Assembly (NCBI GenBank): GCA_017513085.1
Contig: JAFWDK010000029.1
Location: 32,001 to 96,000 of the forward strand
Origin: Clostridiales bacterium
GTDB taxonomy: Bacteria > Bacillota > Clostridia > Saccharofermentanales > Saccharofermentanaceae
Reading direction: 5' to 3'
Length of the DNA stretch: 64,000 bases
The notes beneath the pieces were generated by a model. That model saw only the letters and a program-made list of their open reading frames with translations, ran no database searches and was not told the origin of the DNA. This document shows positions 50,212 to 60,303 of the stretch, one piece after another (the stretch's first letter is position 1; each line of letters begins with the position of its first letter). Both the position numbers and the translations under genes were made by a program.

Positions 50212-51510
50212 ATGGGAAATCTTTTTCAGACGATCGTTCTTAACTCGCTGAATATGACATTGGTAGCACTGCTTCTGATGGCTGTTCTTCGTGCGTTCAA
50301 GACCGTCCAGTCCCCGAAGATCCGGTATTACTCCTGGCTGATCGTGCTTCTTGGATTTCTGATTCCTGTGCGCTTGAATTTCGGCAGAGTTCTTTTGGCG
50401 GTCCCGAAAAACACAGTGGAACTCCCTGTGGCTCTGGGGGCAAACGCCCGCGTCGCGAATGCTTCCGGATCCGGCATATCCATGGATACACTGCTCCTCG
50501 TTCTGACGGGCATATATCTTGTCGGCGTCGTAACTTATCTTCTGGTAGCTTTCAGCCGCTTTTTCCGCTGGAAAAGAACTGTCCTCCGGCTTTCTGCACA
50601 GGACGAAAGATATAACAGCATCCTGTATTTTGTCGCGCAGGATATGGGGATTGAATCGGTTGAACTCCGCTTCTCGGAGATGATCTCTTCACCGATGATG
50701 ATCGGCCTTAGAAAACCGACGATCCTTCTGCCGAACCGGAAATATAATTATCACGAACTCCGCCTGATCCTCAAGCACGAACTGATGCACTTCCGGCATC
50801 AGGATCTCTGGATCAAACTTCTCCTGATCTTCTGCCGTGCTGCACACTGGTTTAACCCGTTTATGGTACTCGTCGCAAGATCCCTCGAGCAGGAGTGCGA
50901 ATACTATTGCGACATGGCTGTCATGGAAGGTGAGTCGGAGCCGATGCGAAAGGTCTATTGTGAATCGATCGTGAATACCCTTGCGGACCAGGTGCAGAGA
51001 AGAAAACAGAATGTCAGACCGGTACTGGCAACGAGTTTCTATTCACCGAAATCAGGACTCAAGCACCGTTTCTCCATGGTGCTTCGGGGGAAGACGAGAA
51101 AGTTCGTGGGTGTCCTGATCCTGGCGGGGATGCTGACCGTCGTGTCCGGATTTGTGCTGGGTGGAAAAAACGAGAATGAGAATGCCGGATCCGCCGGAAA
51201 GATGAATTCGTCAGGTTTTACCGTGACGAGCGAAGAGAAAGTTTCGAATACGGAATGGTCAGAGCAGGAAGTGGAAGAAACGACCTGGACAGAGGAACCG
51301 GGAATAGAAGAAACGACTTGGATCGACGAGAAGGATATAGAAGAAACAACATATTATGAAGAATCCGCCATTTATCTCGAGTCCTCGGAATACGAGTCTT
51401 CCAGGTCGGAGAGCGTCATGTGGACGGGTGAGATGGAGACGGAGAAAACGACACAAGTGGCAGAGACTTTCTTAAGTGAGCCATATGTGGTGAGACCTTC
51501 GGATAGCTGA
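50212..51510 (+). CDS. M56-family metallopeptidase (BlaR1-like) with acidic low-complexity C-terminal tail
   Basis: RYYSWLIV, SPMMIG, HELMH zinc motif, HWFNP, E..CD, final TM, then an E/T-rich tail with no penicillin-binding domain. Confidence 0.9.
   Translation: MGNLFQTIVLNSLNMTLVALLLMAVLRAFKTVQSPKIRYYSWLIVLLGFLIPVRLNFGRVLLAVPKNTVELPVALGANARVANASGSGISMDTLLLVLTGIYLVGVVTYLLVAFSRFFRWKRTVLRLSAQDERYNSILYFVAQDMGIESVELRFSEMISSPMMIGLRKPTILLPNRKYNYHELRLILKHELMHFRHQDLWIKLLLIFCRAAHWFNPFMVLVARSLEQECEYYCDMAVMEGESEPMRKVYCESIVNTLADQVQRRKQNVRPVLATSFYSPKSGLKHRFSMVLRGKTRKFVGVLILAGMLTVVSGFVLGGKNENENAGSAGKMNSSGFTVTSEEKVSNTEWSEQEVEETTWTEEPGIEETTWIDEKDIEETTYYEESAIYLESSEYESSRSESVMWTGEMETEKTTQVAETFLSEPYVVRPSDS
51274..51354 (+). 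repeat. Three 33-bp coding repeats (EETTW/EETTW/EETTY, 11-aa period)
   Basis: GAAGAAACGACCTGG at 51274, GAAGAAACGACTTGG at 51307, GAAGAAACAACATAT at 51340. Confidence 0.7.
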
Positions 51511-51542
51511 TACACGAGAACGATCTTTTTTTGCTTTTGAAA

Positions 51543-51556
51543 ACTACATATGTAGT
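51543..51556. promoter_or_regulatory. Second BlaI-type operator
   Basis: Perfect palindrome ACTACATATGTAGT containing TACAnnTGTA, just upstream of the first solute-binding gene. Confidence 0.75.
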
Positions 51557-51578
51557 GAATGAAAGGACGAGAACCAAT

Positions 51579-53924
51579 ATGAAAAAGACAGCACAGAGAA
51601 TAGCGGGAGCAGGGTTGGGGATACTGATTCTGATCTCTTCGGTTTCTTGTAAAAACAAAGGAAAGGAAAGCGTTCTCCCTTCGGAAAGTGCTTCGGAAGG
51701 AACGACCCGTGAAGAGATCGTGGCTCTGAATGACGGGCAGTATGTGAAAGAAGATGACCCGTATTTCGAATGCAGGGAGATCCCGCTTTCTATCCGTCCG
51801 GAAGAGGGAAAAAACATCAAAGATTATGAGCTTTTCCATACGACGATCGGTGAAGGAAAGATCGTCGCCGGCCTCTATTCGAGATATACCGATGGAAGCG
51901 ACAGCAATCGGATCGTGACTTTCAATATGGATGGAGAAATCATCAGTAGCGCTACGCTTCCGGAAGGAGAAAGCCTGGTCTCTGTTGCGAATGGAAGAAA
52001 CGGAGAGATCCTGGTCATGACTGATGCGAATGCTTCGAATAAAAACGAAGCGTTTATGTGCGTTTACAAAGTCTTAGATGACGTAACTCTGGCAAAAGCA
52101 CTGGATCTTCCTAATGGAATCCGGATGAGCAGCAATGCGTTCTTTACCGAAATGGAGGATGGATCGTATCTTACCCATGACTACGGACGGATCCTCCGGT
52201 TCAGTCCTTCCGGTGAGATTCTGACGGATATGACAGTCGGGAACGCACAGCACTCGATGATCCATATCGACGGGGAATGGTTCGTGGTCACCTATGAGTG
52301 GAATGATGATTTCACGGAAGAGGTGAACTCGATACTAAAGGTCGATCTTTCTGAAGGAAAGACGGTTGGAGAGAAGATGCGGATCGACAGTAAGTGGATG
52401 TATAGTTTTACGCAGACAGGAGATGCGTGTTACCACGCGGATGTGAACGGGATCTATAAACTCGACATGAAAGGAAACACGAAGAGCCTGGTGCTTTCCT
52501 GGAACGAAACAGACTGTGTTCCCGGGATCATGCTGGATCCGGTCTTCCAGGTTCCATCTTCTGACGAAGTGCTTTTCGTGAAGAAGGATTTTTCGCATGA
52601 AGACATAGTTTCTTCTGTTCCGAAGTATTCTCTGATGCATCTGACGAGGGCGAAGACGAATCCGCACGCAGGGAAAAGGATCCTGACTGCGGCGGTGGCC
52701 GGGGAAGAAGGGAAAACGGAATTTCATGAAATCATGATCCGGTATAATACCGACCCGCAGAGTACGGCCCGTATCCAGATCGTAGACTATAACGGTCTGT
52801 TCGGAATCTATGGTTCGACAGAAACGATGGAGGATCTTCTGGATCGGATCAACATGGAGATCATGTCCGGAAATGGTCCGGATATTCTTGTGAACTGTGC
52901 CGGATACCCGCGCTTTTCCAGCGGAGCGCGGATGGCGGATATGAATCCATTCCTGGATGGATCTTCCGGGATCACGAGAAGTGAATACTACGACAATCTT
53001 TTCCATGCATTTGAGACCGATGGAAAACTCTATCAGATCCCGATCTGCGTCGAGATCAGCGGGCTGGCTATCAATGACAGTGCACTCGGAAACAAGCACG
53101 AGTATTCCATTCATGACCTGCTTTCTGTCTCGGAGACGCTTCCAACGGATATGGCGCTTTTCCCGGTATATTCCCACGAAGATATTCTGGATATGCTCCT
53201 TCCGGTAGCTTTGAAAAACTTTGTAAATGATGACGGTCAAACCTGTAAGTTTGACTCCCAAGAGTTCTGTGAGCTTCTACAGTTTTGCAGGACATATGGA
53301 TCGCCTAAAGAATCCATAAGTCAGAATGGGAGTGCATGGACGGATCCGATCGACTATCTGGATCTGGAGACGGTTGCCGCAGTTCCCTATTCTTTCGATT
53401 CATTCTTCCATTACGGAGAATACATGACCGCACTTCACGGGAAAGTGCTTTTCAGCGGGTATCCGGTAACAGAAGGGACGGGGATCGCGGCGGAAGCGGT
53501 CATGTCGGCGTGCATCTGCGCCTCCTCATCTGGTAAAGAAGAGGCGTGGGATTTCATCCGGTATCTTCTCTCTATCGAGACACAGAAAACCATTGCCGGA
53601 TCCGGCGGGGGATTCCCGGTACAGCGTCAGGTTTTTTCTGAGCATATAAAGACACGGATGAATCAATATGAGTCGCGCCTGGAAGGAAATTCCGACTCAG
53701 AAGGAGACATTAAGCTGCGGGCGATCCTCAGCGAGAAAGAGAAGGTGCTGGATGGCCTCTCAGATCTTATGGCACGCGTTAATTCCCAGATCTCCTCGGA
53801 TCCATATATTCAGGATATTATAAAAGAAGAGGCAGCAGCTTATTTTTCCGGACAGAAAAGCGCGGAAGAGGTGAGCCGTATTATCCAGAACCGCGCAATG
53901 ACGATCGTCCTGGAGAGAGGATAG
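51579..53924 (+). CDS. Large extracellular solute-binding lipoprotein (paralog 1)
   Basis: Lipobox SVSC; beta-rich N-half; NPHAGK linker; sugar-SBP-like C-half (GNGPDIL, DGKLYQIP, AWDFIRYL, EEAAAYFSGQKS). Confidence 0.82.
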   Translation: MKKTAQRIAGAGLGILILISSVSCKNKGKESVLPSESASEGTTREEIVALNDGQYVKEDDPYFECREIPLSIRPEEGKNIKDYELFHTTIGEGKIVAGLYSRYTDGSDSNRIVTFNMDGEIISSATLPEGESLVSVANGRNGEILVMTDANASNKNEAFMCVYKVLDDVTLAKALDLPNGIRMSSNAFFTEMEDGSYLTHDYGRILRFSPSGEILTDMTVGNAQHSMIHIDGEWFVVTYEWNDDFTEEVNSILKVDLSEGKTVGEKMRIDSKWMYSFTQTGDACYHADVNGIYKLDMKGNTKSLVLSWNETDCVPGIMLDPVFQVPSSDEVLFVKKDFSHEDIVSSVPKYSLMHLTRAKTNPHAGKRILTAAVAGEEGKTEFHEIMIRYNTDPQSTARIQIVDYNGLFGIYGSTETMEDLLDRINMEIMSGNGPDILVNCAGYPRFSSGARMADMNPFLDGSSGITRSEYYDNLFHAFETDGKLYQIPICVEISGLAINDSALGNKHEYSIHDLLSVSETLPTDMALFPVYSHEDILDMLLPVALKNFVNDDGQTCKFDSQEFCELLQFCRTYGSPKESISQNGSAWTDPIDYLDLETVAAVPYSFDSFFHYGEYMTALHGKVLFSGYPVTEGTGIAAEAVMSACICASSSGKEEAWDFIRYLLSIETQKTIAGSGGGFPVQRQVFSEHIKTRMNQYESRLEGNSDSEGDIKLRAILSEKEKVLDGLSDLMARVNSQISSDPYIQDIIKEEAAAYFSGQKSAEEVSRIIQNRAMTIVLERG

Positions 53925-54087
53925 ATCTAGGCATACGACGATATGCCGGAATTTTTTTAAATGGTTATACGAGGCATGGAACTTGTATGACAGAAAAAAG
54001 GCTCTCATTCCCAAGGATTTCGTGAAGAGCCAAGAAAAAACGAAAGAGAAGGTAACTGTTTTGTTGATTGAAGAAAAGAATTCTATC

Positions 54088-56406
54088 ATGAAAAAAGTGA
54101 TATCTGCTATTCTCGCTGTAGCGGTCGCTCTGACTATGTCGGGATGTAATATAAGCACTTCGTCGGAAAAGCAGAGCGGATCATCGGTCAACACGAAAAA
54201 AAGGCAGGAAGTCGTTGCGGAGTCCGATCCGTACTTCTACATAACGGAGAAGGAACTGTCTATCCCGGTTGAAAAGGACAGGAAAGTTGTCTATGCCGAT
54301 GTAGGAGAGTGCAGATTCGTCGGAGATCAGGTCTTTGTTTCCTACATGCTCTTCTACGAAACCGAAGGGGAACCGGAAGGCATTCTTGGAAGAGTGCTTT
54401 TTGATAAAGAGGGGAATCTTCTTGCGGATCTATCTTCCAAGGCGGAGTCGAAGGAGCGGATCGAGAAGATCATCGAAGATAACAGCCATGAACTTTATGC
54501 GATCTCATTTGATTCATCGGAATTTTCCTATTCGATCCAAAAGCTTAATAAGGACGGTTTGCACGGAGAAAAAAGAAAGATCCCTGCGGAAATAGACGAA
54601 GAAAGTGAAGTGCTTTTCCTGCAGGATGGAAACCTGATGATCGCCAATATGGGTGAGTTGCGCGTGATTGCGCCGGATGGCTCGCTGACCGGTTCATGCA
54701 GTCAGGAAGAGTTCATGGGACGGGTCTTCATTCAGGACGGGAAATACTATGGCGGATGTAACCACTATTCGCCGGAGGATTGGGATGAAAGCTATACCTA
54801 TATCCGTGAGATCGATCCGAAGACAGGTGAACTGAAGGGCAATAAGATCAAGTGCGGGGATTTTTCACGCATGTCGCGGGAAAAGGACCGGAGCTATCTT
54901 CTTTCGGCGGGGGAGATCGCAAAGGTCGATCTTCTGGATCCTTCTAAGAATCAGGTGGTGTTCAGCTGGAACGATACCGACTATGATTCCGCGCGGATCC
55001 TGGATACGAAGGTCAGTTCGGATCAGGAATTCTATTTCATCGAAGAATCGGGAAATGCGGAATCAGAAGAAAACGACGATCCCAGAGTGGAACTGAAACT
55101 GTTGCAGGCTGTCCGCGCAGAGAAGAATCCCAATGCCGGAAAAAAGATCATTCGCGTGGGTGTATTCGAACAGGATGTAAATTTCAAAAGACATGTCAAC
55201 CAGTATAATCTGGATGCGGATTCAACAAGCCGCGTAGAGCTGTATTATTATTCTCTCAACAGTGTTCCCGCGTCTTCCGGATTGGAAATGGAGAAGCGTA
55301 TTGCGGAGAAGATCTCGATGGATCTGCTAAGTGGTGACGGACCGGATATTCTGATGAATGCGTCGTGGCTTTCTCAGTTTAATACTGACAAAGTACTGGT
55401 TGACCTGAATACTTTTATCGACAGCACAGATGGTTCCGGGCTGGACAGGAGTGAATATTTGGATAGCCTGTTCCGGGCCTCGGAACAGGGTGGGAAACTC
55501 TATCACTTGCCTCTGACTTTTTACGTGCATGGCTGGGTCGCCAACCGTGAGCTTCTGGGAGATACATCTTCTTATTCGTATAAGGAATTTCTGGACGCTT
55601 GTGAAAAACTTCCCGAAGATGTCTCTGTATTCACGGAAAGCCCATATAACGACCTGCTTTCACTGCTTCCTGTTTCTGAGTTCGTTGATTATGAGAAGGG
55701 CCAGGTGCACTTCGAGGATCCGGAATTTAAGCAGCTTCTGGAACTGGTCAGAAAATATGGCTCGCCGAGGACGCATGAACAGCTTGCCAAGGAGATGGAA
55801 GATGAAGGGAGCGCCAGACCGGACAGCGGAGAGCTTTTCTGCGAGAACATGCTGGCCTTTACAACAGAAGCATTTGGGGATCTTTTCTCCTTCACCAGAG
55901 CGAAGAAAAGGCTTGGAGGAAAGGGTGTTTTCTGCGGGAGCCCCAGCCGTTCCGGAGGATCTATGATGGCAAGAGTAAGCATCTCTATGGCGATCTCCGC
56001 ATCCTCCAAGAATCAGAATGAAGCATGGGAATTCCTGCGCTTTATGGTCTCGGATGAACAGCAGGAGATGATGACGGAATCCCTAAACTGCAATTTCATT
56101 CCCGTGTCCCGAAAAGCACTGAATCTTCAGAATGAAAAGTGGATGGAGTTCAACCGGAAAAGAATCGAAAACTATGTTCCCGATCCGCGGTATCCGGATG
56201 AGAAGCCTCTCGAAATTACCGATGAAACACTCTCGGAGTACATGAAAATTTTGGAGAGTATCCGGCTCATTTCATCTTCCGATCCGGAGCTGATGTCGAT
56301 CGTGATGGAAGAAGCGGCAGGGTATTTTGCAAGTCAGCGGAGCCTGGACGAAGTGTGCAGTACGATATCGAACCGGGCAAAGACGATCGTGCAGGAAAGA
56401 GGATAA
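54088..56406 (+). CDS. Large extracellular solute-binding lipoprotein (paralog 2)
   Basis: Lipobox MSGC; DPYF, WNDTD, NPNAGK, GDGPDIL, GKLYHLP, AWEFLRF, EEAAGYF. Confidence 0.82.
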   Translation: MKKVISAILAVAVALTMSGCNISTSSEKQSGSSVNTKKRQEVVAESDPYFYITEKELSIPVEKDRKVVYADVGECRFVGDQVFVSYMLFYETEGEPEGILGRVLFDKEGNLLADLSSKAESKERIEKIIEDNSHELYAISFDSSEFSYSIQKLNKDGLHGEKRKIPAEIDEESEVLFLQDGNLMIANMGELRVIAPDGSLTGSCSQEEFMGRVFIQDGKYYGGCNHYSPEDWDESYTYIREIDPKTGELKGNKIKCGDFSRMSREKDRSYLLSAGEIAKVDLLDPSKNQVVFSWNDTDYDSARILDTKVSSDQEFYFIEESGNAESEENDDPRVELKLLQAVRAEKNPNAGKKIIRVGVFEQDVNFKRHVNQYNLDADSTSRVELYYYSLNSVPASSGLEMEKRIAEKISMDLLSGDGPDILMNASWLSQFNTDKVLVDLNTFIDSTDGSGLDRSEYLDSLFRASEQGGKLYHLPLTFYVHGWVANRELLGDTSSYSYKEFLDACEKLPEDVSVFTESPYNDLLSLLPVSEFVDYEKGQVHFEDPEFKQLLELVRKYGSPRTHEQLAKEMEDEGSARPDSGELFCENMLAFTTEAFGDLFSFTRAKKRLGGKGVFCGSPSRSGGSMMARVSISMAISASSKNQNEAWEFLRFMVSDEQQEMMTESLNCNFIPVSRKALNLQNEKWMEFNRKRIENYVPDPRYPDEKPLEITDETLSEYMKILESIRLISSSDPELMSIVMEEAAGYFASQRSLDEVCSTISNRAKTIVQERG

Positions 56407-56411
56407 GATAC

Positions 56412-58619
56412 ATGATGAAAAAACAAAATCTTCCATTGAAAAAAATGGTGTCGACATTTCTCGCGATATCGATGGTCCTGACCATAGCGGGATGCCGTAA
56501 GCCGAAAGAAAAACAGAAGAAAGAGTATCGTGTCGTAAAGGAGTCGGACCCGTATTATTCCGCATCGGAAGTGGAGTTGATTATTCCTCGTAAGGAGGGA
56601 AAAGAACTGCAGCAGTTTCTTGTAAATAAACCGGAGATCGTGGACGGGAAGATCCGCTTTAAATTCGATGCGAGCTACAAGGTTCCGAAAGAACTGAATG
56701 ACAAGCAGTACCTATGCGCGCAGAACCTCGATAACTTCACGGAAGAGGAGAAACTGGCGATTTGGGAAGAGTGGATCAGCTATTTCGATGAAGGCATTGC
56801 CTGCTTTGACCTTAACGGGAATTTCCTCGGTGTGGAAAAAGAAGAGGAGGATCCTCGTGCTTCTATGCACTGGGCAGGTGAGCATTCGGAGCTTTTCTAT
56901 TGCCGCTCCCTTTCGGATGGAAGAAGCCTCGGCTGGAACTTCGAAAAGATAGTGCTTTTCGATCCGGAGGGAAAAGAACTGGCGAGCTATGTTCCCGAGT
57001 TGTTTTCGGGAGAAGTCTTAGTAGTGGGAGATGAGATCTTTGTTTCCGGCCGCCACTATGATGAGAAGAATACTGAAGCGTCGTATGACTACATCGTCCG
57101 GCTGGATAATCAGACGCTGAAAGAAAATGGAGATCAGATCCGGCTTTCCGGATCGGTCAGTATGGGGGATATCTGTGCGGGTGATCAGGGTCTTTTCCGG
57201 ATGAGCTCCAATGGAATAAATAAGATCAATACCGATAGCGGAAAAGAGGAAGAATTCCTTCTCTGGAGTGATACCGATCTGAATTATGTGGGCATGATCG
57301 GAGATGGCGCGCAGATCGGTAGCAATAAGTGTCAGCTGATCAAGTATGTGAACGAGGAAACAGATGAGAATGGACATCTGGTCATGCACGTTCTTCTTGT
57401 CACGCTTACTAAGGAAACGAAAAATCCGCATGCCGGAAAGACGGTGCTCACGCTCGGTGATGCACGTGAAAATGATGCAGATCTTGTTGAAACGGTGGTT
57501 GCATATAACCTGCTTCCGGATAAGAAAGTTCGGATCGAGGTGCACGACTATTCTTCCTATGCAAGTGCTTATGGTGCCTACGAGAAAGTCATCTCCAAGA
57601 TCGCCGATCAGGTCTATCTCGATCTTCTTGGCGGAACCGGTCCCGATATTCTCGTGAACTTCGCCACCTCACCCTCCTTTCAGACAGAAGATGTACTTCT
57701 GGATCTGATGCCGTACCTAAGCGGAGATACCGGGCTTTCGGATCAGAAATACTACAGTACTCTTCTTCGTGCCTATGAAAAGGACGGAAAAGTATTCCAT
57801 CTTCCGACAAATGTGGAACTCCTTGGCTTCTGGGGAAACCAGGAATTCCTGCCGGATACAGTATCCATTTCAGCTTCCGGTTTTGATACGATCCGCGCCT
57901 CTTTGCCGGAGAATACTCTGCTTCTTCCTGCAGCGGAATACGACGATCTTCTGGAGACATGGCTTCCGCAGATTTTAGGACAGTATCTGGATATGCAAAA
58001 CGGCCGGGCAGACTTCAATAATGATTCTTTTACCGCACTTCTTGAAGCAGTCAAAAAGTATGGATCCCACGTGGAAGAACCGATTGAGATCGAGTATGAA
58101 GAAGCGATGGCAAAAGCACCGGAGACGCTTCTTCACGAGAAAATGGTGGCGATGATCCCGTACATTATCTCTTCGCCAAAGGCTTATAAGGACTGCCTTG
58201 CGCTTGGTAATGGACACGGAAGAGTCTATGCTTTTGGAGATGTTTCCGGCATGGCAGTTGACAGCCGGATGACGGTAGCCATCTCAAAGAGTACGCCTTA
58301 TGCGCAGGAGGCATGGGACTTCCTCTGCACGCTTTTTAACGAAGAGAACCAGAAACACTTCGCGGAGAATCTCGGCGGGATCCCCGTATCCAGAAACGGC
58401 GTGGATGCACTCTGCAAAAAGTGTGAGATGACAGAAAATGAGGCAAGTGCTTTTGAAGCGGAATTAGAGAGGACACATGAAGTTTGCGTCAGGGATGACT
58501 CGATCATGGACATCGTAAAAGAAGAAGCAGAAGGATTCTTCATGGGCCAGAAAGAGATCCGCTCCGTGGTCAGCACGATCAATAACCGCGTGGCGACGAT
58601 CCTCAAGGAGAGAAAGTGA
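56412..58619 (+). CDS. Large extracellular solute-binding lipoprotein (paralog 3)
   Basis: Lipobox IAGC; DPYY, WSDTD, NPHAGK, GTGPDIL, GKVFHLP, AWDFL, EEAEGFF. Confidence 0.82.
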   Translation: MMKKQNLPLKKMVSTFLAISMVLTIAGCRKPKEKQKKEYRVVKESDPYYSASEVELIIPRKEGKELQQFLVNKPEIVDGKIRFKFDASYKVPKELNDKQYLCAQNLDNFTEEEKLAIWEEWISYFDEGIACFDLNGNFLGVEKEEEDPRASMHWAGEHSELFYCRSLSDGRSLGWNFEKIVLFDPEGKELASYVPELFSGEVLVVGDEIFVSGRHYDEKNTEASYDYIVRLDNQTLKENGDQIRLSGSVSMGDICAGDQGLFRMSSNGINKINTDSGKEEEFLLWSDTDLNYVGMIGDGAQIGSNKCQLIKYVNEETDENGHLVMHVLLVTLTKETKNPHAGKTVLTLGDARENDADLVETVVAYNLLPDKKVRIEVHDYSSYASAYGAYEKVISKIADQVYLDLLGGTGPDILVNFATSPSFQTEDVLLDLMPYLSGDTGLSDQKYYSTLLRAYEKDGKVFHLPTNVELLGFWGNQEFLPDTVSISASGFDTIRASLPENTLLLPAAEYDDLLETWLPQILGQYLDMQNGRADFNNDSFTALLEAVKKYGSHVEEPIEIEYEEAMAKAPETLLHEKMVAMIPYIISSPKAYKDCLALGNGHGRVYAFGDVSGMAVDSRMTVAISKSTPYAQEAWDFLCTLFNEENQKHFAENLGGIPVSRNGVDALCKKCEMTENEASAFEAELERTHEVCVRDDSIMDIVKEEAEGFFMGQKEIRSVVSTINNRVATILKERK

Positions 58620-58716
58620 CAGATGGAGTAACGGAGATATTGACAATCGGTTTTTAGTATTCCATGGGGGCATCATAAACTGATTTTTGAATCATAGTTC
58701 GCTTAAAAAGCTTGTC

Positions 58717-60207
58717 TTATTTAATTATTCCCAGGGTGGACAGCCCGCCGAGCATGATAAGGACCAGGATCGCCAGTACAATGATCAATGGTTTGAGCAT
58801 ATAAGTCTGTCCGGCGTTTTTGACTTCGTAGATCACCCAGTCATCACTTGCCGGTTCGCTTGCTGATCCGCAGTATGGACAGTTTCTGGTCTTAAATGAA
58901 TTGAAGCTGGCGCCGCAGTTCCGACACTGGATCTTCGCGATGGAGAAGTTGGAAGTGGTCGGGACATCAGTTCTTCGCCCAGCCTTGATCCGGTATACTT
59001 CGCGTTGTGACTTGATATGGTCGCCCAGATCACGTGTGACATCGACAAAAAGATTGCCCGTGACATAGACATATTTGCCTTCCTGTTTGATCTTGTTGCA
59101 GGACATCCATCCGCTAAAAGCACAGTCGACCACATTGTCGAATTCTGATCCGATGTCGCCGCCTTCGTAGAAGGGGAGGGAGGCACGGTTATCGGAAAAA
59201 GCAATCAGCTTAAACAAGGAAGTGATTCTTGAAGAGAAGGTCTCAAAGGTGTAAGCAGGCATGATCTTCGACATTTTAGCTTCGAATATTTTTCTTGATC
59301 TGCCTACTGAGAGAGCCGGACCTGTTCCCGTACCGATCTGACGCCCCGCGGCGGCAAAAATCGAAAACATCCACATGAAGTAACCGATGAGCGGGCTTAT
59401 GAGGATCGTGCCCAAAACGTACCTGATCAAGATCATCGGGGTGAAGGATCCATAGGTCTCCGGCATCGTATGGCGCTGGTACCAGGCGACACCTACCATC
59501 AAAGGGATCATGACGGGAAGAGAATACAGTCCGTATTTAATGATGGTCTTCTTGATCGGATCGCGTTTCCCGTGCGTGTCATAAGTAAAAAAGTAATTCG
59601 TTACCTTCGGATACAGTTCGGACATCTTAAACGCCGTTCCACAGTGACTGCATCCCTCCTGCAGTTCTTTGATCGTGGAGACCGAACCGCAGTTCGGGCA
59701 GCAGTAAGTATCGCCGCTGACATCTTCACCGCTTCGCACATCGACTACAGTTTCGTATATCGCCTGCGGCTCCTTTTTCTTATAGGGTTTCATATTGGGA
59801 CGGTCGAAGGTCTTCGTATGCTCGACAAAACCGACCGACCACGATGTCTCATACTGACCGTCCTGCCAGGAGCGGACGTTGTTGAATCCTTCTTGGAAAT
59901 AGGCACCGGGGACCATCTCGTCCGTGAAGCGCAGACTTCTATTCGCGATGCGCTTCTGCTGCAGTTCCAAGCAGTACCGGAGTTCTCTGTCTGCCGACAT
60001 CACTTTGGCACCCGGTTCATTCGCGTGATTTAATTCTTCGCGAAAAGCGGCGGCGACGGCGTCTCTGGTCGGCTTTCTGTCTTCCGTTACTGCGGAGGTG
60101 CCATCAAGCATCGCCGAAGCTTCTTCCACGCTCACGCCTGATGCAAGAGCAACTGCTTCCTCTTCCGTAAGCCAGTTCTTTTTCGGATTCGTATTATTCT
60201 CGCTCAT
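58717..60207 (-). CDS. Membrane protein with two Zn-ribbons
   Basis: CPNC..CSHC before two TMs, CRNC..CPYC before a C-terminal TM. Confidence 0.7.
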   Translation of the reverse strand: MSENNTNPKKNWLTEEEAVALASGVSVEEASAMLDGTSAVTEDRKPTRDAVAAAFREELNHANEPGAKVMSADRELRYCLELQQKRIANRSLRFTDEMVPGAYFQEGFNNVRSWQDGQYETSWSVGFVEHTKTFDRPNMKPYKKKEPQAIYETVVDVRSGEDVSGDTYCCPNCGSVSTIKELQEGCSHCGTAFKMSELYPKVTNYFFTYDTHGKRDPIKKTIIKYGLYSLPVMIPLMVGVAWYQRHTMPETYGSFTPMILIRYVLGTILISPLIGYFMWMFSIFAAAGRQIGTGTGPALSVGRSRKIFEAKMSKIMPAYTFETFSSRITSLFKLIAFSDNRASLPFYEGGDIGSEFDNVVDCAFSGWMSCNKIKQEGKYVYVTGNLFVDVTRDLGDHIKSQREVYRIKAGRRTDVPTTSNFSIAKIQCRNCGASFNSFKTRNCPYCGSASEPASDDWVIYEVKNAGQTYMLKPLIIVLAILVLIMLGGLSTLGIIK

Positions 60208-60303
60208 ATTTTTTACCCCGTATTTGCATGCCCCTGTTTACCATGTCTTTATCTTACCACGTTCATCTTCATGAACAAAGAGATTCGTCTCTTCGATGCT
60301 CTG

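Noticed and set aside
50212-51510. Beta-lactam resistance locus
   Set aside because: No penicillin-binding sensor domain and no beta-lactamase or PBP gene nearby; the MBL-fold gene at 25929 is an unrelated generic hydrolase.
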